A DNA stretch of 64,000 bases from Bacteroidales bacterium (lineage in GTDB: Bacteria; Bacteroidota; Bacteroidia; Bacteroidales; G3-4614), in the NCBI GenBank assembly GCA_015061035.1, contig SUXK01000005.1:25645-89644 (forward strand), in the 5' to 3' direction. Of the stretch, positions 1 to 10,797 are shown piece after piece. Below the pieces are notes generated by a model, which worked only from the letters and a program-made list of their open reading frames with translations, ran no database searches and was not told the origin of the DNA. A program made the translations under genes and the position numbers. How positions within the stretch are numbered: the first letter of the stretch is position 1; the number at the start of each line of letters is the position of its first letter.

Positions 1-195
1 AAGTTTGCCATCGGGATCAATTTTATAATCCTCCTCATTACACAAACCAACGTATTTCTCAATCTTCTCGTCGGTATCAAACCATAACCAACCGTCAGCA
101 TCAACATCTGCTGCATCAAATAGGTTATACTCTTGTGCTTGTATATTCAAAGTACAAGCCATTGCTAAAAGCATTAAAGTAAAAATTTTTTTCAT
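1..195 (-). CDS. Secreted hypothetical protein, N-terminal part only (runs off the window start); downstream member of the SusC/SusD operon
   Basis: Manual translation from ATG 195 (or 201): MKKIFTLMLLAMACTLNIQAQEYNLFDAADVDADGWLWFDTDEKIEKY..., signal peptide ending AQ; open to position 1. Confidence 0.75.
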   Translation of the reverse strand, partial: MKKIFTLMLLAMACTLNIQAQEYNLFDAADVDADGWLWFDTDEKIEKYVGLCNEEDYKIDPDGKL

Positions 196-235
196 AAGCA
201 TTTTTTATTTAAATTAATTAATTATTCGCTTTGCT

Positions 236-288
236 CTAATTAGGAATGAGGAATTAACTCCTAATTCCTAATTCCTAATTCCTAATTA
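236..288. repeat. Heptamer (TCCTAAT) tandem repeat forming an imperfect hairpin after susD
   Basis: ctaattaggaatgaggaattaactcctaattcctaattcctaattcctaatt. Confidence 0.7.
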
Positions 289-294
289 AAAAAA

Positions 295-2055
295 CTACAT
301 CTCTCTCCACTCCGGGTTTTGAGCAACGCCATGATAGCGGATTTCATCCCAAGGGATAGGAAGATAGTATTGTTTCTCTTCAAAATATCTCACACGTTTT
401 GGAAAACGGTTCATATTTGAGATAGTGTATCTTGTTTGACCATTAGCACTATTAACAACAATCTTCATTGCTTTAATAGGGTTAGTCTCACCATTCATCT
501 TCTCAACGGCTACGCCCCAGCGGAACATATCCCAATATGTAGTCTCCTCAAATGCCAACTCAATTCTACGCTCGTTAACAAGTTCTTCCCAAGTAAGTGA
601 GGGAAGAGGGTGCATTTTAACTCTTGAACGCACCTCGTTGACTTTTGCCAGTGCAGTTCCGTTGTCTCCTAAGCGGAACATAACCTCTGCGTAATCCAAC
701 AGAGCCTCTGCGTAACGCCATATGATATAGTTTTGCTTACTTGCGTAAGTCTCATCCTTATCAATCTTTTGAGTCTCATCAACAAATTTACCCATATAGT
801 AACCAGTGCGAGAGTAAGCAGCGGTTTCGCTCTCACCATATTGAGTTAAATCCTCACCAGCAACTTCGGTGTTACCTGTACGCACATAGTGAATATCCAT
901 TGTATGTCCGTTATAAACCGAGCCATCATACAGAATGTTGGCATAAAAGCGGTAATCTCTACCCTCATATGGGTTGTTGCTGTTATAAACATATCCATCT
1001 CTCATACCATACTCATCAACGTGGTTTTGAGTAGGAGTATAAGCCGCAATAGTACCTGTAAAGAAAGGAGAGGCAGCATCGCGGTCAAGTTTATGACCAT
1101 ATCCAGTATCATAGTTACCATCGTTAGAGTGTTGCACCTCTAAAATTGACTCCTGACTATTCTTTGTAAGGAATATATTACGATACTCTTTCTTTATATC
1201 CTCAACAGAGGTTCCTGCAATTTGCACCAAACTATATTGGTTAAGTTCAAACAGATCCTCGTAAGCCTTTTTAGCCTTCTCAAGCATTGCTTGAGATTGG
1301 TCATCGGTGAAGCCTAAATAGTCGTTACTCTTGTTTTGGTAGTATTCGCTCGAAGCCCACATATAAGTTTTGGCAATAAGCATAAGTGCAGCACCTTTTG
1401 TTATACGACCTGCATCTGTTGAAGCATAGTAGGCGGGTAGTCTGTTTGCAGCCTCTTTGGCATCGTTAACAATGGCAGTAACCATTTCAGAGTACGATGC
1501 TCTTGCAAATTTAGTATTCTCTTTAAGAGGGTCAAAAGTTTTGTTAATCAACATAACGCCACCCCATTGACGCCATAACATATAGTAGTAATATGCTCTA
1601 AAGAAGTGTGCTTCGCCCAAGATACGCTCTTTCTGTTCACCAGCGGCAATCTTTGCTTCGTTCTCAAACAATCGGTTAATTGCCTGTATTTGAGTATAGT
1701 AATTAGCCCATTTTACGGTAGCCCAGTTGGTTATCTCTTGATTGTTACCTTTTAAAAGGTCGCCGTAACCAGCATTATAGTAGTCAGTTTTAGAGGGGAC
1801 AATTTGATCAGCAAACCAAGGCATATAGTATCGCGATGAACTTTTTACAAGAGCAATTGTGGTAGGAACAAATGTTGAGAATCCGTTATTCATATTCCTG
1901 TACCAAGGCAAAACATATTCATCTAACAACATAGGAGTCTCCCAGATGTAGTTGTCAGTTATTTTATCAACAGGAGCATCATCAAACAAACAACTCGATG
2001 ATGTAAATGGTAATATTGCAATAACTCCGTATATAATATATTTTTTAATATTCAT
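295..2055 (-). CDS. RagB/SusD family nutrient-uptake outer membrane lipoprotein
   Basis: Lipobox FTSSSC; GEAHFFRAYYY, GRITKGAA, RYAEALLDYAE, ERRIELAFE, YYLPIP, QNPEW motifs; start 2055 (MNIKKY) preferred over the ORF-track start 2091 that overlaps susC. Confidence 0.95.
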   Translation of the reverse strand: MNIKKYIIYGVIAILPFTSSSCLFDDAPVDKITDNYIWETPMLLDEYVLPWYRNMNNGFSTFVPTTIALVKSSSRYYMPWFADQIVPSKTDYYNAGYGDLLKGNNQEITNWATVKWANYYTQIQAINRLFENEAKIAAGEQKERILGEAHFFRAYYYYMLWRQWGGVMLINKTFDPLKENTKFARASYSEMVTAIVNDAKEAANRLPAYYASTDAGRITKGAALMLIAKTYMWASSEYYQNKSNDYLGFTDDQSQAMLEKAKKAYEDLFELNQYSLVQIAGTSVEDIKKEYRNIFLTKNSQESILEVQHSNDGNYDTGYGHKLDRDAASPFFTGTIAAYTPTQNHVDEYGMRDGYVYNSNNPYEGRDYRFYANILYDGSVYNGHTMDIHYVRTGNTEVAGEDLTQYGESETAAYSRTGYYMGKFVDETQKIDKDETYASKQNYIIWRYAEALLDYAEVMFRLGDNGTALAKVNEVRSRVKMHPLPSLTWEELVNERRIELAFEETTYWDMFRWGVAVEKMNGETNPIKAMKIVVNSANGQTRYTISNMNRFPKRVRYFEEKQYYLPIPWDEIRYHGVAQNPEWREM

Positions 2056-2080
2056 AACTTTCAATTTATAGGTTAAGAGT

Positions 2081-5000
2081 TTAATATCCAATACTTAAAG
2101 ATACTCCGTATGAGCGTTGAACGGGGTAGCCGCGTAACGATTCGGGGTCCATTCCCAAATCCGAGAGGCTTGACCATGTTACAAGGTTGCTTCCTTGTAA
2201 TGCAATGCTGAACGAACTCAATTTCATCTTTTTCAATACTTTAGGTTGGAAAGAGTATCCTAACGACAATGATTTAAGACGTAAGAAGTTACAGTCTCTA
2301 ACCCAGAAAGTTGACTCTTTACGGTTATTGTCATTTGCCGATGCAAACTTAACTCTTGGCAAAGTTCCGTCAGGGTTCTCCTCACTCCAGCACTCCTCCA
2401 TGTGGTACTCTTGGAAACGTTGCAATGAGCCACTGTTTAGAGTGTACATCTCTTTAATGTTTTGTTGGTAACCGGTTGCTCCCTGGAACAGAGCATTAAA
2501 GAACAAACCTTTCCAACTCAATCCCAATTTAAGACCAAAGTTGAATTTGGGATTTGAAGAGTTCTTCACATATTTCAAGTCGTTGGTATCCAAAACGCCA
2601 TCGTTGTTTTGGTCAACATATTTAATATCGCCGGGAGCCAATGTAACGTTGTTTTGTCCATCTTGATTTAGTTTATGGTTGTCAATCTCCTCCTGCGAAG
2701 TGAACAATCCGTCAGCCTCATACATTGTCCATACCATACTGCTTCTTCCAACGCGTCTTAGATTAGGATTAACGCTCGATTCATTACCATAATCTAACCA
2801 CTTATCCTCTTGTTGCGACATTGTAAATGCAATATCGTATTTAACCTTTCTGATAGTATTGCGGTGGTTAAGAGTCAAATCCCAGCCCCACGCTTTAAGT
2901 TTTGCAAAGTTTATACTTGGAACATTACCATTAACACCAGTAGTTGGTGGGTATAGGTACGATGGAGCAGATGTAATTTTGTTAGTCTCAAATCTCCAGT
3001 AATACTCAAATGTAACACCAAAGCGGTTATCCCAGAATCCCAAATCGGTAGCAATGTTGTAGTCGTGCGACTTACCCCATGTAAGTTCAGGATTTGGGTA
3101 ATTACCTGTTGACATCATAATACCGGGTCGGTAGTTACCGCCAATATTATAACCCTCTCTGGTAGATTCAATATAGTTTAGCAGATATGAATATTCGCCA
3201 ACCATACCGTCATTACCAAGAACTCCGGTAGATGCTCTGAACTTAACGTTTGAGATTACAGGTTGCTCCCAATCTTTAAAGAACTTCTCGTTAGAGAGTA
3301 CCCACGATGCCGATACCGAAGGGAAGAATCCCCAGCGGTTATCAGGGAAGAAGTATGTAGAGCCATCAACGCGGAAACTTGCCTCCAAGAAGTATCGGTA
3401 GTCATAGCCATAACTTACACGACCAATCAACGAAGCACGTTGGTTTTTAGTCTCGCTACCAACTAAACGAGCATCAATAGCAGTACCAATAATCTCGGGA
3501 TAAACCGCTGCGTTCTGGTTTTCGCCAATCATATATTGGTTGTGCATACGTTGGTAGTTGGCAACTAACAAACCGCTCAAATCGTGTTTGTCGTTGAAAG
3601 TTCTGTTATAGTTTAGTCCCACCTCATAAAGTTGATTGTTTGTAAAGCGGTCAATCTGCTCAATAGATACCTTTGCGGTAGGATAAATAGTATTTGGGTC
3701 TGTTGAATACTCGCCAGTTGCCTCATCGTATGTGAACAACTCAACAGGTTTGTCGTAACTCTTCTCAATACGAGTGTTATTATCAAAAGTAGCGCGAGCA
3801 TACAAAGCCAAACCTTTAACCCAAGGCAACTCCCAGCGGAGGTTGGCAGTAATGGTATTCATATTTGCTTTGTCCTGAATATAACCACCCATACCATAAA
3901 CATTAACAAGAGGATTTGAACCATCAATACTTGCCAACTTATCATTGGTAAAACGCAACACCTGAGTAGGAGCAAAAGCGTATGCTGCATCCAGCGTTGC
4001 GTAACTTGAGTTTTTGCTGTTGTTTCTTGAGCCGGTAATATCCAACGAAAGAGTCAAACCTTCGGTAAGGGTAGCATCCAATTTGGTAGAGTAGTTGAAA
4101 CGGTCTCTGCCCACACCGCTGTACAAACCTTTTGTGTGAGTGTAACCACCCGAAACATAATACTTCACCCATTGGTTACCACCATTAAGCGAAACACTAT
4201 GAGTAGTAGTATAACCAGTCTTATCCAAGTAGTCTAAAAGATTTTCGTTGCCATACACATTGGGATTTGTACCTCTCTGAATTTGTTGAAGTTGCTCGGC
4301 AGTGTAGGGCAATATCAGAGTACCGGGAGTATTGTCAACAGCCTTGTTGAACATCTGAGCAAAGTTGTAGGCATCAAGGAACTTAGGAAGTTGAGTAGCC
4401 TGTTGCACGTTCATCTGACCGCGATAGTTAACCGAAACCTTTTGATTTCCCTGTGAGCGTTTAGTCTGTACAAGGATAACACCATTAGCCGCACGAGCAC
4501 CATAAACCGCTGCCGCAGCCGCATCCTTCAGGATTGAGATACTCTCAATATCATCGGGGTTTAAGTCCGAAAGACGCATCTCTCCGTCACTTGTATTAGT
4601 ACCAAAACGAGGCACACCATCAATAACCAATAGAGGAGCGCCATTAATACCACGAATATTCAATTCAGCCTCTTTGGCACTACTTGGGTCTCCTGTCGAT
4701 TGCATAACGTTCAAACCCGAAACCTGACCATATAGAGCCTCATCAATATTGGCAGTTGGAATTTTCAACAACTCCTCGCTCTTGATAGTCTCAACCGAAC
4801 CGGTTATCGAAGATTTCTTTTGAACGCCATAACCCACAACAACCAACTCATCAAGGTTTTGAGCGTCATCCTCAAGTTTAACCAACACGCTTTTAGTACC
4901 ATCGGCAACTTTAGTTATTTTAGTTTTGTAACCAAGATACGAAACAGCAAGTTCTTTACCGGTTTTAGGGATAGTAAAGTTACCGTCCATATCGCTAATA

Positions 5001-5161
5001 GTTGCATTGTTAGCATCTTTCCATTGAACGTGTGCGCCAATTAGAGGTTCACCACTGCGGTCGGTAACTTTACCTTTAAGAATCGCAGTAGAGGTTTGTG
5101 CTGTAACAGCCGAAGCCATGCACAAAAGCGACACTATCAATATATATATCCTACTTCTCAT
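2081..5161 (-). CDS. SusC/RagA family TonB-dependent outer membrane receptor
   Basis: N-terminal GKVTDRSGEPLIGA domain, LDELVVVGYG, PDDIESISILKDAAAAAVYGARAANGVILVQTK signature, C-terminal YPVQRSYGVSLSIGY. Confidence 0.97.
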   Translation of the reverse strand: MRSRIYILIVSLLCMASAVTAQTSTAILKGKVTDRSGEPLIGAHVQWKDANNATISDMDGNFTIPKTGKELAVSYLGYKTKITKVADGTKSVLVKLEDDAQNLDELVVVGYGVQKKSSITGSVETIKSEELLKIPTANIDEALYGQVSGLNVMQSTGDPSSAKEAELNIRGINGAPLLVIDGVPRFGTNTSDGEMRLSDLNPDDIESISILKDAAAAAVYGARAANGVILVQTKRSQGNQKVSVNYRGQMNVQQATQLPKFLDAYNFAQMFNKAVDNTPGTLILPYTAEQLQQIQRGTNPNVYGNENLLDYLDKTGYTTTHSVSLNGGNQWVKYYVSGGYTHTKGLYSGVGRDRFNYSTKLDATLTEGLTLSLDITGSRNNSKNSSYATLDAAYAFAPTQVLRFTNDKLASIDGSNPLVNVYGMGGYIQDKANMNTITANLRWELPWVKGLALYARATFDNNTRIEKSYDKPVELFTYDEATGEYSTDPNTIYPTAKVSIEQIDRFTNNQLYEVGLNYNRTFNDKHDLSGLLVANYQRMHNQYMIGENQNAAVYPEIIGTAIDARLVGSETKNQRASLIGRVSYGYDYRYFLEASFRVDGSTYFFPDNRWGFFPSVSASWVLSNEKFFKDWEQPVISNVKFRASTGVLGNDGMVGEYSYLLNYIESTREGYNIGGNYRPGIMMSTGNYPNPELTWGKSHDYNIATDLGFWDNRFGVTFEYYWRFETNKITSAPSYLYPPTTGVNGNVPSINFAKLKAWGWDLTLNHRNTIRKVKYDIAFTMSQQEDKWLDYGNESSVNPNLRRVGRSSMVWTMYEADGLFTSQEEIDNHKLNQDGQNNVTLAPGDIKYVDQNNDGVLDTNDLKYVKNSSNPKFNFGLKLGLSWKGLFFNALFQGATGYQQNIKEMYTLNSGSLQRFQEYHMEECWSEENPDGTLPRVKFASANDNNRKESTFWVRDCNFLRLKSLSLGYSFQPKVLKKMKLSSFSIALQGSNLVTWSSLSDLGMDPESLRGYPVQRSYGVSLSIGY

Positions 5162-5176
5162 TATATAATGTTTTAT

Positions 5177-7729
5177 TTATTTGTCAAATATGCGCTCTAT
5201 CTTGATAATTTGATAGTTGTAAAAATCTTTGGTAGAACCAGTAGCAGAAGCAACTCTGCTCTTGTATAGAGTAAGAACATCGTTAAGACGTCCTGTCATA
5301 ATAGCACCCAACTGATTAGCCGATAGAGTAGGCAAACCAAAGTTGATACGGGCAAACTCTTTCATTTCGTTAATGCAGTGAGAGCAAGTGATACCGCTAT
5401 TCTCAATATTCTCTTCAACCTCAGCAAACGATTTAGCAGAGCCACCTGATGCGTTTAATCCTGAAGTCTTAATCATCAAATCAATAGCAGTTGCCTGAAG
5501 ATTTTGCTCCACATCCGAAAGTTTGCCACCCTTAGGAGCAATAAATATGGCTTTGGTAACATCCTTTACGTAACCATCCAAAGTATAGTTGTTTTTGCTG
5601 TCAACAATACCACCCTCCTGAATACGATATAACACTGCCGAGTTGATAAGAGCAGATATAATTGTAGATTGAAGTTTGTCGTTAGCATTAAGATTTATCT
5701 CCAACTTATTAATAATGTCAGGACGAGTAAGCCACTCGCTGTGAGTGCGAGCCTCGTTCAACAACCACTCCATAGCCTCTTTTTGAGTAGCCTTGTCAAT
5801 GTAGTGTTTCGAGGTTGCTTTGCCATCGCCCTGTCTGATCTCCTCATATCTGATACCGCCAATGTAGGGGATAACGTGGCGAATATAGCGAGTATATTGA
5901 GTAACAACCTCTTTGTACATATCCTCCATATTGTCGTATCTCTCACCCTCACGTTTGTTCCACTCCTCTAAGTTCTCAATAAGAAGTTTAAGGTTTTTGA
6001 TACCATAGTTACCTGCTTTAATATGGTCATCACCCAAATCCTCAGTCTGGTCAGTGGGGTCAACAATACCAAGGAATTGTTGAGCGCCAAACTCAAACAT
6101 AGCATCACCCTCTTTCTCGGCAATCCATTTGTCAAGAGTTGCTTTTTCATCTTCGGGCGAGTTTGCATCAGGAATCAATCTGTAACCCCAATTGATTGCA
6201 TAAATATCATAAACGCCCAAAATGGGAGGAGTAAGTTTAACCCCCTTCTCAACATCACCCGGTTGAGCAATAAAGTTGTTTCGGGCATAGTCCATAATAC
6301 TTGGAGTAGTACCATATTTTTGAGTAAACGAAGCACTACGTAACGAGTCAACAGGATAAGAGTAACTTGCACCCATATTGTGCATCAATCCCAAAGTATG
6401 ACCAATCTCGTGAGCCGCAGCGTATCTTATTGACTCATTCATAGTCTCATCATCAAAAACGCGGGTGCGAACCTTTTCATCAACTGTTGCAGTTTGAACA
6501 AATCTCCAGTTATGAAGCAACGATAAGATATTGTGATACCAAATAACGTCACCGGTCAAAATTTCGCCAGTGCGAGGGTCAACATAACTTGGACCCATAG
6601 CATTTGGAGTAGCAGTTGCCGCATACTTAAAGCAACTGTAACGCATATCATCGGGGTCAAAAGTAGAGTCGTTCTCAGGATAGTCAACCGCTTTGATAGC
6701 ATTTTTAAAACCAGCGGCCTCAAAAGCCACATTCCAATCCTCTATTCCTTGCTTAATAGAGCCTCTCCACTTCTCGGGGAAAGCGTTGTCAACATAAAAC
6801 ACAATAGGTTTCTCAGGCTCAACAATCTCGCCCGCAAAGTAACGCTCCATATCCTCCTCTTTAGGCTCTAAACGCCAACGGTGAATATAGGTCTTAACCT
6901 CAACACCATCTTCATCGGTAGTGTAAATGCTCTTGTCAGAGTAGAAGAACCCAACCCTGTTATCTTGCAAACGCATATTCATAGGCTCTTCGGGAAGAGC
7001 AAACAGTGAGCGGTGCATAATAACCGAGTATGGTTCGTTCATAAGCGACAAAGTAAACGAAAGACGGCTCTTGATCTCAATATTATTTGGGAAAGCCTTA
7101 TTGCTGATAATACCTGAAGCGTCAGCAACAAAAGTACCTTTTAGAGAGTTACCTCCACCAAAGAGTTTACTCAATGGGTTATCCTGTTTAATGGGGCTGA
7201 TACACTTCTCGTTAGTACCAAAGAACTCGGTAACATCAATAACAACATTACCTTTATCCTCAGCCACAATCTTAAAACCTTTTATAACGGGGTCGTAAAA
7301 GTTTTTGTCGTACGAAAGTTTCACAGGATCACTATCCGAAACAAGTTCCGAACTCTGAATTTCGTGCATATATACCCTACGCTCATCCTTTGAGAACTTA
7401 ATCAATAGCGGAGTAGTAGCCATTTGCCCTGCCACAAAATCTCTTGTGTTGCTTGTTGCTGCAATACGGTTAGCAAGAATGTAGGTCTTACTGAACACCG
7501 AGTCGGGCATCTCAAAATAAAGTTTGCCCTCTTTGGCATTATATAAAGTTGTAAACAACCCCTCTTGTTTTTGAGAGTCCTTTGTTACTTTTTTGTAGTC
7601 AGCACTAACACTATCCTTTACAACAATCTCCAAAGGATTTTTACTCTCCTTACTCTTCCTCTTTGCGTTTGCATTTGGCATACAGACAAATATAGCCAAT
7701 ACAACTGCCAATAGTGATATATGTTTCAT
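5177..7729 (-). CDS. Zinc-dependent metalloprotease (DUF5118/DUF5117/DUF4953, EcxA-like)
   Basis: HEIGHTLGLMHN zinc motif, SIMDY Met-turn, DNRVGFF, KPIVFYVD, DPRTGEIL; signal peptide. Confidence 0.92.
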   Translation of the reverse strand: MKHISLLAVVLAIFVCMPNANAKRKSKESKNPLEIVVKDSVSADYKKVTKDSQKQEGLFTTLYNAKEGKLYFEMPDSVFSKTYILANRIAATSNTRDFVAGQMATTPLLIKFSKDERRVYMHEIQSSELVSDSDPVKLSYDKNFYDPVIKGFKIVAEDKGNVVIDVTEFFGTNEKCISPIKQDNPLSKLFGGGNSLKGTFVADASGIISNKAFPNNIEIKSRLSFTLSLMNEPYSVIMHRSLFALPEEPMNMRLQDNRVGFFYSDKSIYTTDEDGVEVKTYIHRWRLEPKEEDMERYFAGEIVEPEKPIVFYVDNAFPEKWRGSIKQGIEDWNVAFEAAGFKNAIKAVDYPENDSTFDPDDMRYSCFKYAATATPNAMGPSYVDPRTGEILTGDVIWYHNILSLLHNWRFVQTATVDEKVRTRVFDDETMNESIRYAAAHEIGHTLGLMHNMGASYSYPVDSLRSASFTQKYGTTPSIMDYARNNFIAQPGDVEKGVKLTPPILGVYDIYAINWGYRLIPDANSPEDEKATLDKWIAEKEGDAMFEFGAQQFLGIVDPTDQTEDLGDDHIKAGNYGIKNLKLLIENLEEWNKREGERYDNMEDMYKEVVTQYTRYIRHVIPYIGGIRYEEIRQGDGKATSKHYIDKATQKEAMEWLLNEARTHSEWLTRPDIINKLEINLNANDKLQSTIISALINSAVLYRIQEGGIVDSKNNYTLDGYVKDVTKAIFIAPKGGKLSDVEQNLQATAIDLMIKTSGLNASGGSAKSFAEVEENIENSGITCSHCINEMKEFARINFGLPTLSANQLGAIMTGRLNDVLTLYKSRVASATGSTKDFYNYQIIKIERIFDK

Positions 7730-7775
7730 AGTATTTAAATTGATAAATAGTCAATAATATTGCTAATATAATCCG

Positions 7776-7783
7776 CAAATATA
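7776..7783 (-). promoter_or_regulatory. Bacteroidota sigma-A -7 box (TATATTTG) for the peptidase-susC-susD operon
   Basis: Matches TAnnTTTG consensus about 47 nt upstream of the ATG at 7729. Confidence 0.6.
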
Positions 7784-7981
7784 TAAAAAACGTAATAATT
7801 TTGAATGATTATATTCTCTTTTCTTAAAATAGTTATACAATTTTAACTAAAATTTTATATATATCTATATATCTAATTTGTTTATGAATGTAAAAATCCG
7901 ATAAAAGGAACAAAAAAATTTTATATTACACATATCTTATGTTATCTTCGCAAAATAAAACAGAAAATTAATAAAAAATAT

Positions 7982-10534
7982 ATGAAAAAGATTTACACAT
8001 TGGCACTACTTGTTGTTATGAGTATGACAACAATCCTACCCGTAAGTGCCACAGAGAAGAACAAGGGGGAGTTGGCAAATATAGTATGCTTTGTACGCTT
8101 TTTGGGAGAAGATAATTCCGAGTCATTTGAACTCTCAGCATCAACATACAATCAGATGTTTAACGATGATACCGCAGGAACAAACTCGGTATATAACTAT
8201 TTCTACGAAGCATCATACGGGCAACTGCAATGGCGAAGCACAATGTTTCCAGCACCGCAGGGCGATGTGGTAATGTCGTACGAAACCAAGAACGAGCGTA
8301 ACTACTACAAAGAGAAAAGCAGTATAGCACCAAACGGATACGAAGATGAGATTGACCGAGCAGCACGAGAACAAGCCTTGGTAAAAGAGATAGCAGCATA
8401 TCTGTCGGCAAACCTGCCCGATGATGTTGTGCTTGATGCAAACAACGATGGCATAATAGACAATATGTGTATCGTATTAAGCGGACGCAGTGAGATAAGC
8501 AACCGCCACCTGTTATGGCCGCACCGCACCGATTTGGCATTGCCCGATGAAAAAGCAGTATATATAAAAGATAAAAAACTTGTAGGATTTCTAATGGTAT
8601 TTGATGATGCAAACGGATGGGCATCACTTGAACCAATACCATTCAATACAGGAGTAATATGCCACGAGATGTCGCACTCGTTGGGAACATACGACCTATA
8701 TCACGTAGCAGATAACCTAAACCCGGTAGGCGAGTGGGACTTAATGGCCGACAACCTATTGGTACCACAACAGATGTCGGCATACACAAAATACCGCTAT
8801 TGTGGTTGGATTGATGAAATACCCGAGATAACCGAGCCGGGAACATACACACTGAACCCCGTAGGAGGAGCCGAAAAAGAGAACATAGCATACAAAATAA
8901 AGATGATAGGCTCAGACGAATACTTCGTAGTTGAGTATCGCAAAAAAGAGGGAACATTTGATGCAGGTCTGCCACAATCGGGACTATTGGTATATCGCAT
9001 CAATCCAGCATACACAGGCGGAAACGTAAGTTATAACGGTACAACACGTTTAGACGAAGTATATATCTTCCGCCCGGGAGGAACAACAACAGCCGATGGA
9101 TATATTGAGAACGCAGCCTTCTCGGTAGATAATGGACGTGCAACCTTTGGAGGTGTTGGAGCAGAGGTAAAACCATTTTACAGCAATGGCTCAGAGGCAC
9201 GATTTGCCCTTACCAATATAGGCACATGTGGCCAAACAATATCATTCACCTTTGAAACATTAGGACATCAAATCTCACTCTCAAAAGAGAGCATGACACT
9301 AAACGGAAAAGCAGGAGACAAAGGCGAGATAACAATTGAGAGCGATGTACGTTGGCAACTGTCAGCAATGCCCGAGTGGCTAACAGTATCGGCAACAGAG
9401 GGAGAGGCAGGAAAAACCACAATAACCTTCACAACCCTATCGGAGAACACCTCAGCACAATCACGCGAGGTAGAGATTGTCATCACTTCGCCCGAAGATA
9501 ACACACTCTCTGAAACATTGACCATTTCGCAACAATCAAATACCATACTACCCCCATCAGAGTTACAAGCAGTAACCGAAGAGGGAAGCGTAACCCTGTC
9601 GTGGACAGCACCCCAAGAGGGAACACCACTCCTTGCAGAAGGATTTGAAGATACAACCAATCCCAACGGATGGACAATAAGCAACTACAACGATCGTGGC
9701 TGGTATTGGACCGAGAGCAGCAAATATTACCTCGCATATAGCGGTAACTACTCAATGTATATGAAGAGTGCATGGGTAGATGAGCATCAAGATGAAATAC
9801 TTATCTCGCCCACCTTTGCCAACGGAAAAATATTAACATTCCAGAGCAAATCAACAGCACCACTTAAAACCCCCGCATACCCCCACCACTATTACGTTGA
9901 GGTATCATCTGACGGAGGAGAATCATGGACACCGGTATATAACCTGATGACCGATTGCGATGTAGTAAACCAATACACACAAATAACAATCGACCTATCG
10001 GCACACACCTCAGATAATATGAAGATAGCCTTCCACGCATGGGACGATGGCAACATAGGCCTCTCATATTGGTGGCAAATTGATGATATAGTAGTATATC
10101 CAACATTAGCAGTAACAACCATAACAGGATACGCAATATATCGCGATGGCGTTAAGATTGGCGAGAGCGAAACAACCGAGTTTGTTGACACCACACCACT
10201 TGAAGGCGAACACACCTATACAGTAAGAGCAATGGGAGCGTTTGGCGAAACATCTGATTCAGATGCCATAGCAGTAAACTATCAAGGAACAGGAGTGGAG
10301 GAGAGCCAAACCGTAGATGTAAAAGTATATACCTACGCAGGAGAAATAGTAGTCTCAACACCAGAGACTCTAAAAGAGGTGCGAGTACTATCAATGAATG
10401 GCACAATGGTAGCATCTAAAACAATGGTATCTTCAGAGACCACAATCCCCACAGCAACACTCGTAAAAGGAGTATATGTAGTAGTTGCAATACCTGAGGA
10501 GGGCAACCCTGTAATAACAAAAGTGATCCTATAA
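7982..10534 (+). CDS. M6 family (immune inhibitor A-like) metalloprotease with BACON, cleaved-adhesin/Fn3-like domains and T9SS type A CTD
   Basis: GVICHEMSHSLGTYDLY, WDLM, EYFVVEYR, SGLLVYRI; BACON-like PEWLTVS; C-terminal LVKGVYVVV...TKVIL. Confidence 0.9.
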   Translation: MKKIYTLALLVVMSMTTILPVSATEKNKGELANIVCFVRFLGEDNSESFELSASTYNQMFNDDTAGTNSVYNYFYEASYGQLQWRSTMFPAPQGDVVMSYETKNERNYYKEKSSIAPNGYEDEIDRAAREQALVKEIAAYLSANLPDDVVLDANNDGIIDNMCIVLSGRSEISNRHLLWPHRTDLALPDEKAVYIKDKKLVGFLMVFDDANGWASLEPIPFNTGVICHEMSHSLGTYDLYHVADNLNPVGEWDLMADNLLVPQQMSAYTKYRYCGWIDEIPEITEPGTYTLNPVGGAEKENIAYKIKMIGSDEYFVVEYRKKEGTFDAGLPQSGLLVYRINPAYTGGNVSYNGTTRLDEVYIFRPGGTTTADGYIENAAFSVDNGRATFGGVGAEVKPFYSNGSEARFALTNIGTCGQTISFTFETLGHQISLSKESMTLNGKAGDKGEITIESDVRWQLSAMPEWLTVSATEGEAGKTTITFTTLSENTSAQSREVEIVITSPEDNTLSETLTISQQSNTILPPSELQAVTEEGSVTLSWTAPQEGTPLLAEGFEDTTNPNGWTISNYNDRGWYWTESSKYYLAYSGNYSMYMKSAWVDEHQDEILISPTFANGKILTFQSKSTAPLKTPAYPHHYYVEVSSDGGESWTPVYNLMTDCDVVNQYTQITIDLSAHTSDNMKIAFHAWDDGNIGLSYWWQIDDIVVYPTLAVTTITGYAIYRDGVKIGESETTEFVDTTPLEGEHTYTVRAMGAFGETSDSDAIAVNYQGTGVEESQTVDVKVYTYAGEIVVSTPETLKEVRVLSMNGTMVASKTMVSSETTIPTATLVKGVYVVVAIPEEGNPVITKVIL

Positions 10535-10797
10535 TGGTAAAGATAGAGTATAGAACAAAAGGCACCTGTTCGCAACTAATCGAGGTAACAGGCGAGCAGG
10601 GCAGAGTAGTGGATGTAGCCTTTTATGGAGGGTGCAACGGCAACTTGCAAGGCATAGCATCGTTAGTAAAGGGGATGACCTACCAAGAGGTAATAGAACG
10701 CCTCAACGGAATATGTTGCGGATACAAATCAACCTCATGCCCCGACCAACTCTGCCGAGCAATAGAGCAACTAAAAGCAGAAGAGAGCAATGGCTAA
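10534..10797 (+). CDS. TIGR03905 family TSCPD domain protein
   Basis: KGTCSQLI, FYGGCNGNLQGI, GICCGYKSTSCPDQL motifs; TAATG overlap with upstream stop. Confidence 0.9.
   Translation: MVKIEYRTKGTCSQLIEVTGEQGRVVDVAFYGGCNGNLQGIASLVKGMTYQEVIERLNGICCGYKSTSCPDQLCRAIEQLKAEESNG

Noticed and set aside
741-10575. Many short ORFs overlapping susD, susC and the proteases
   Set aside because: Alternative-frame or antisense ORFs inside well-supported genes, with no motifs
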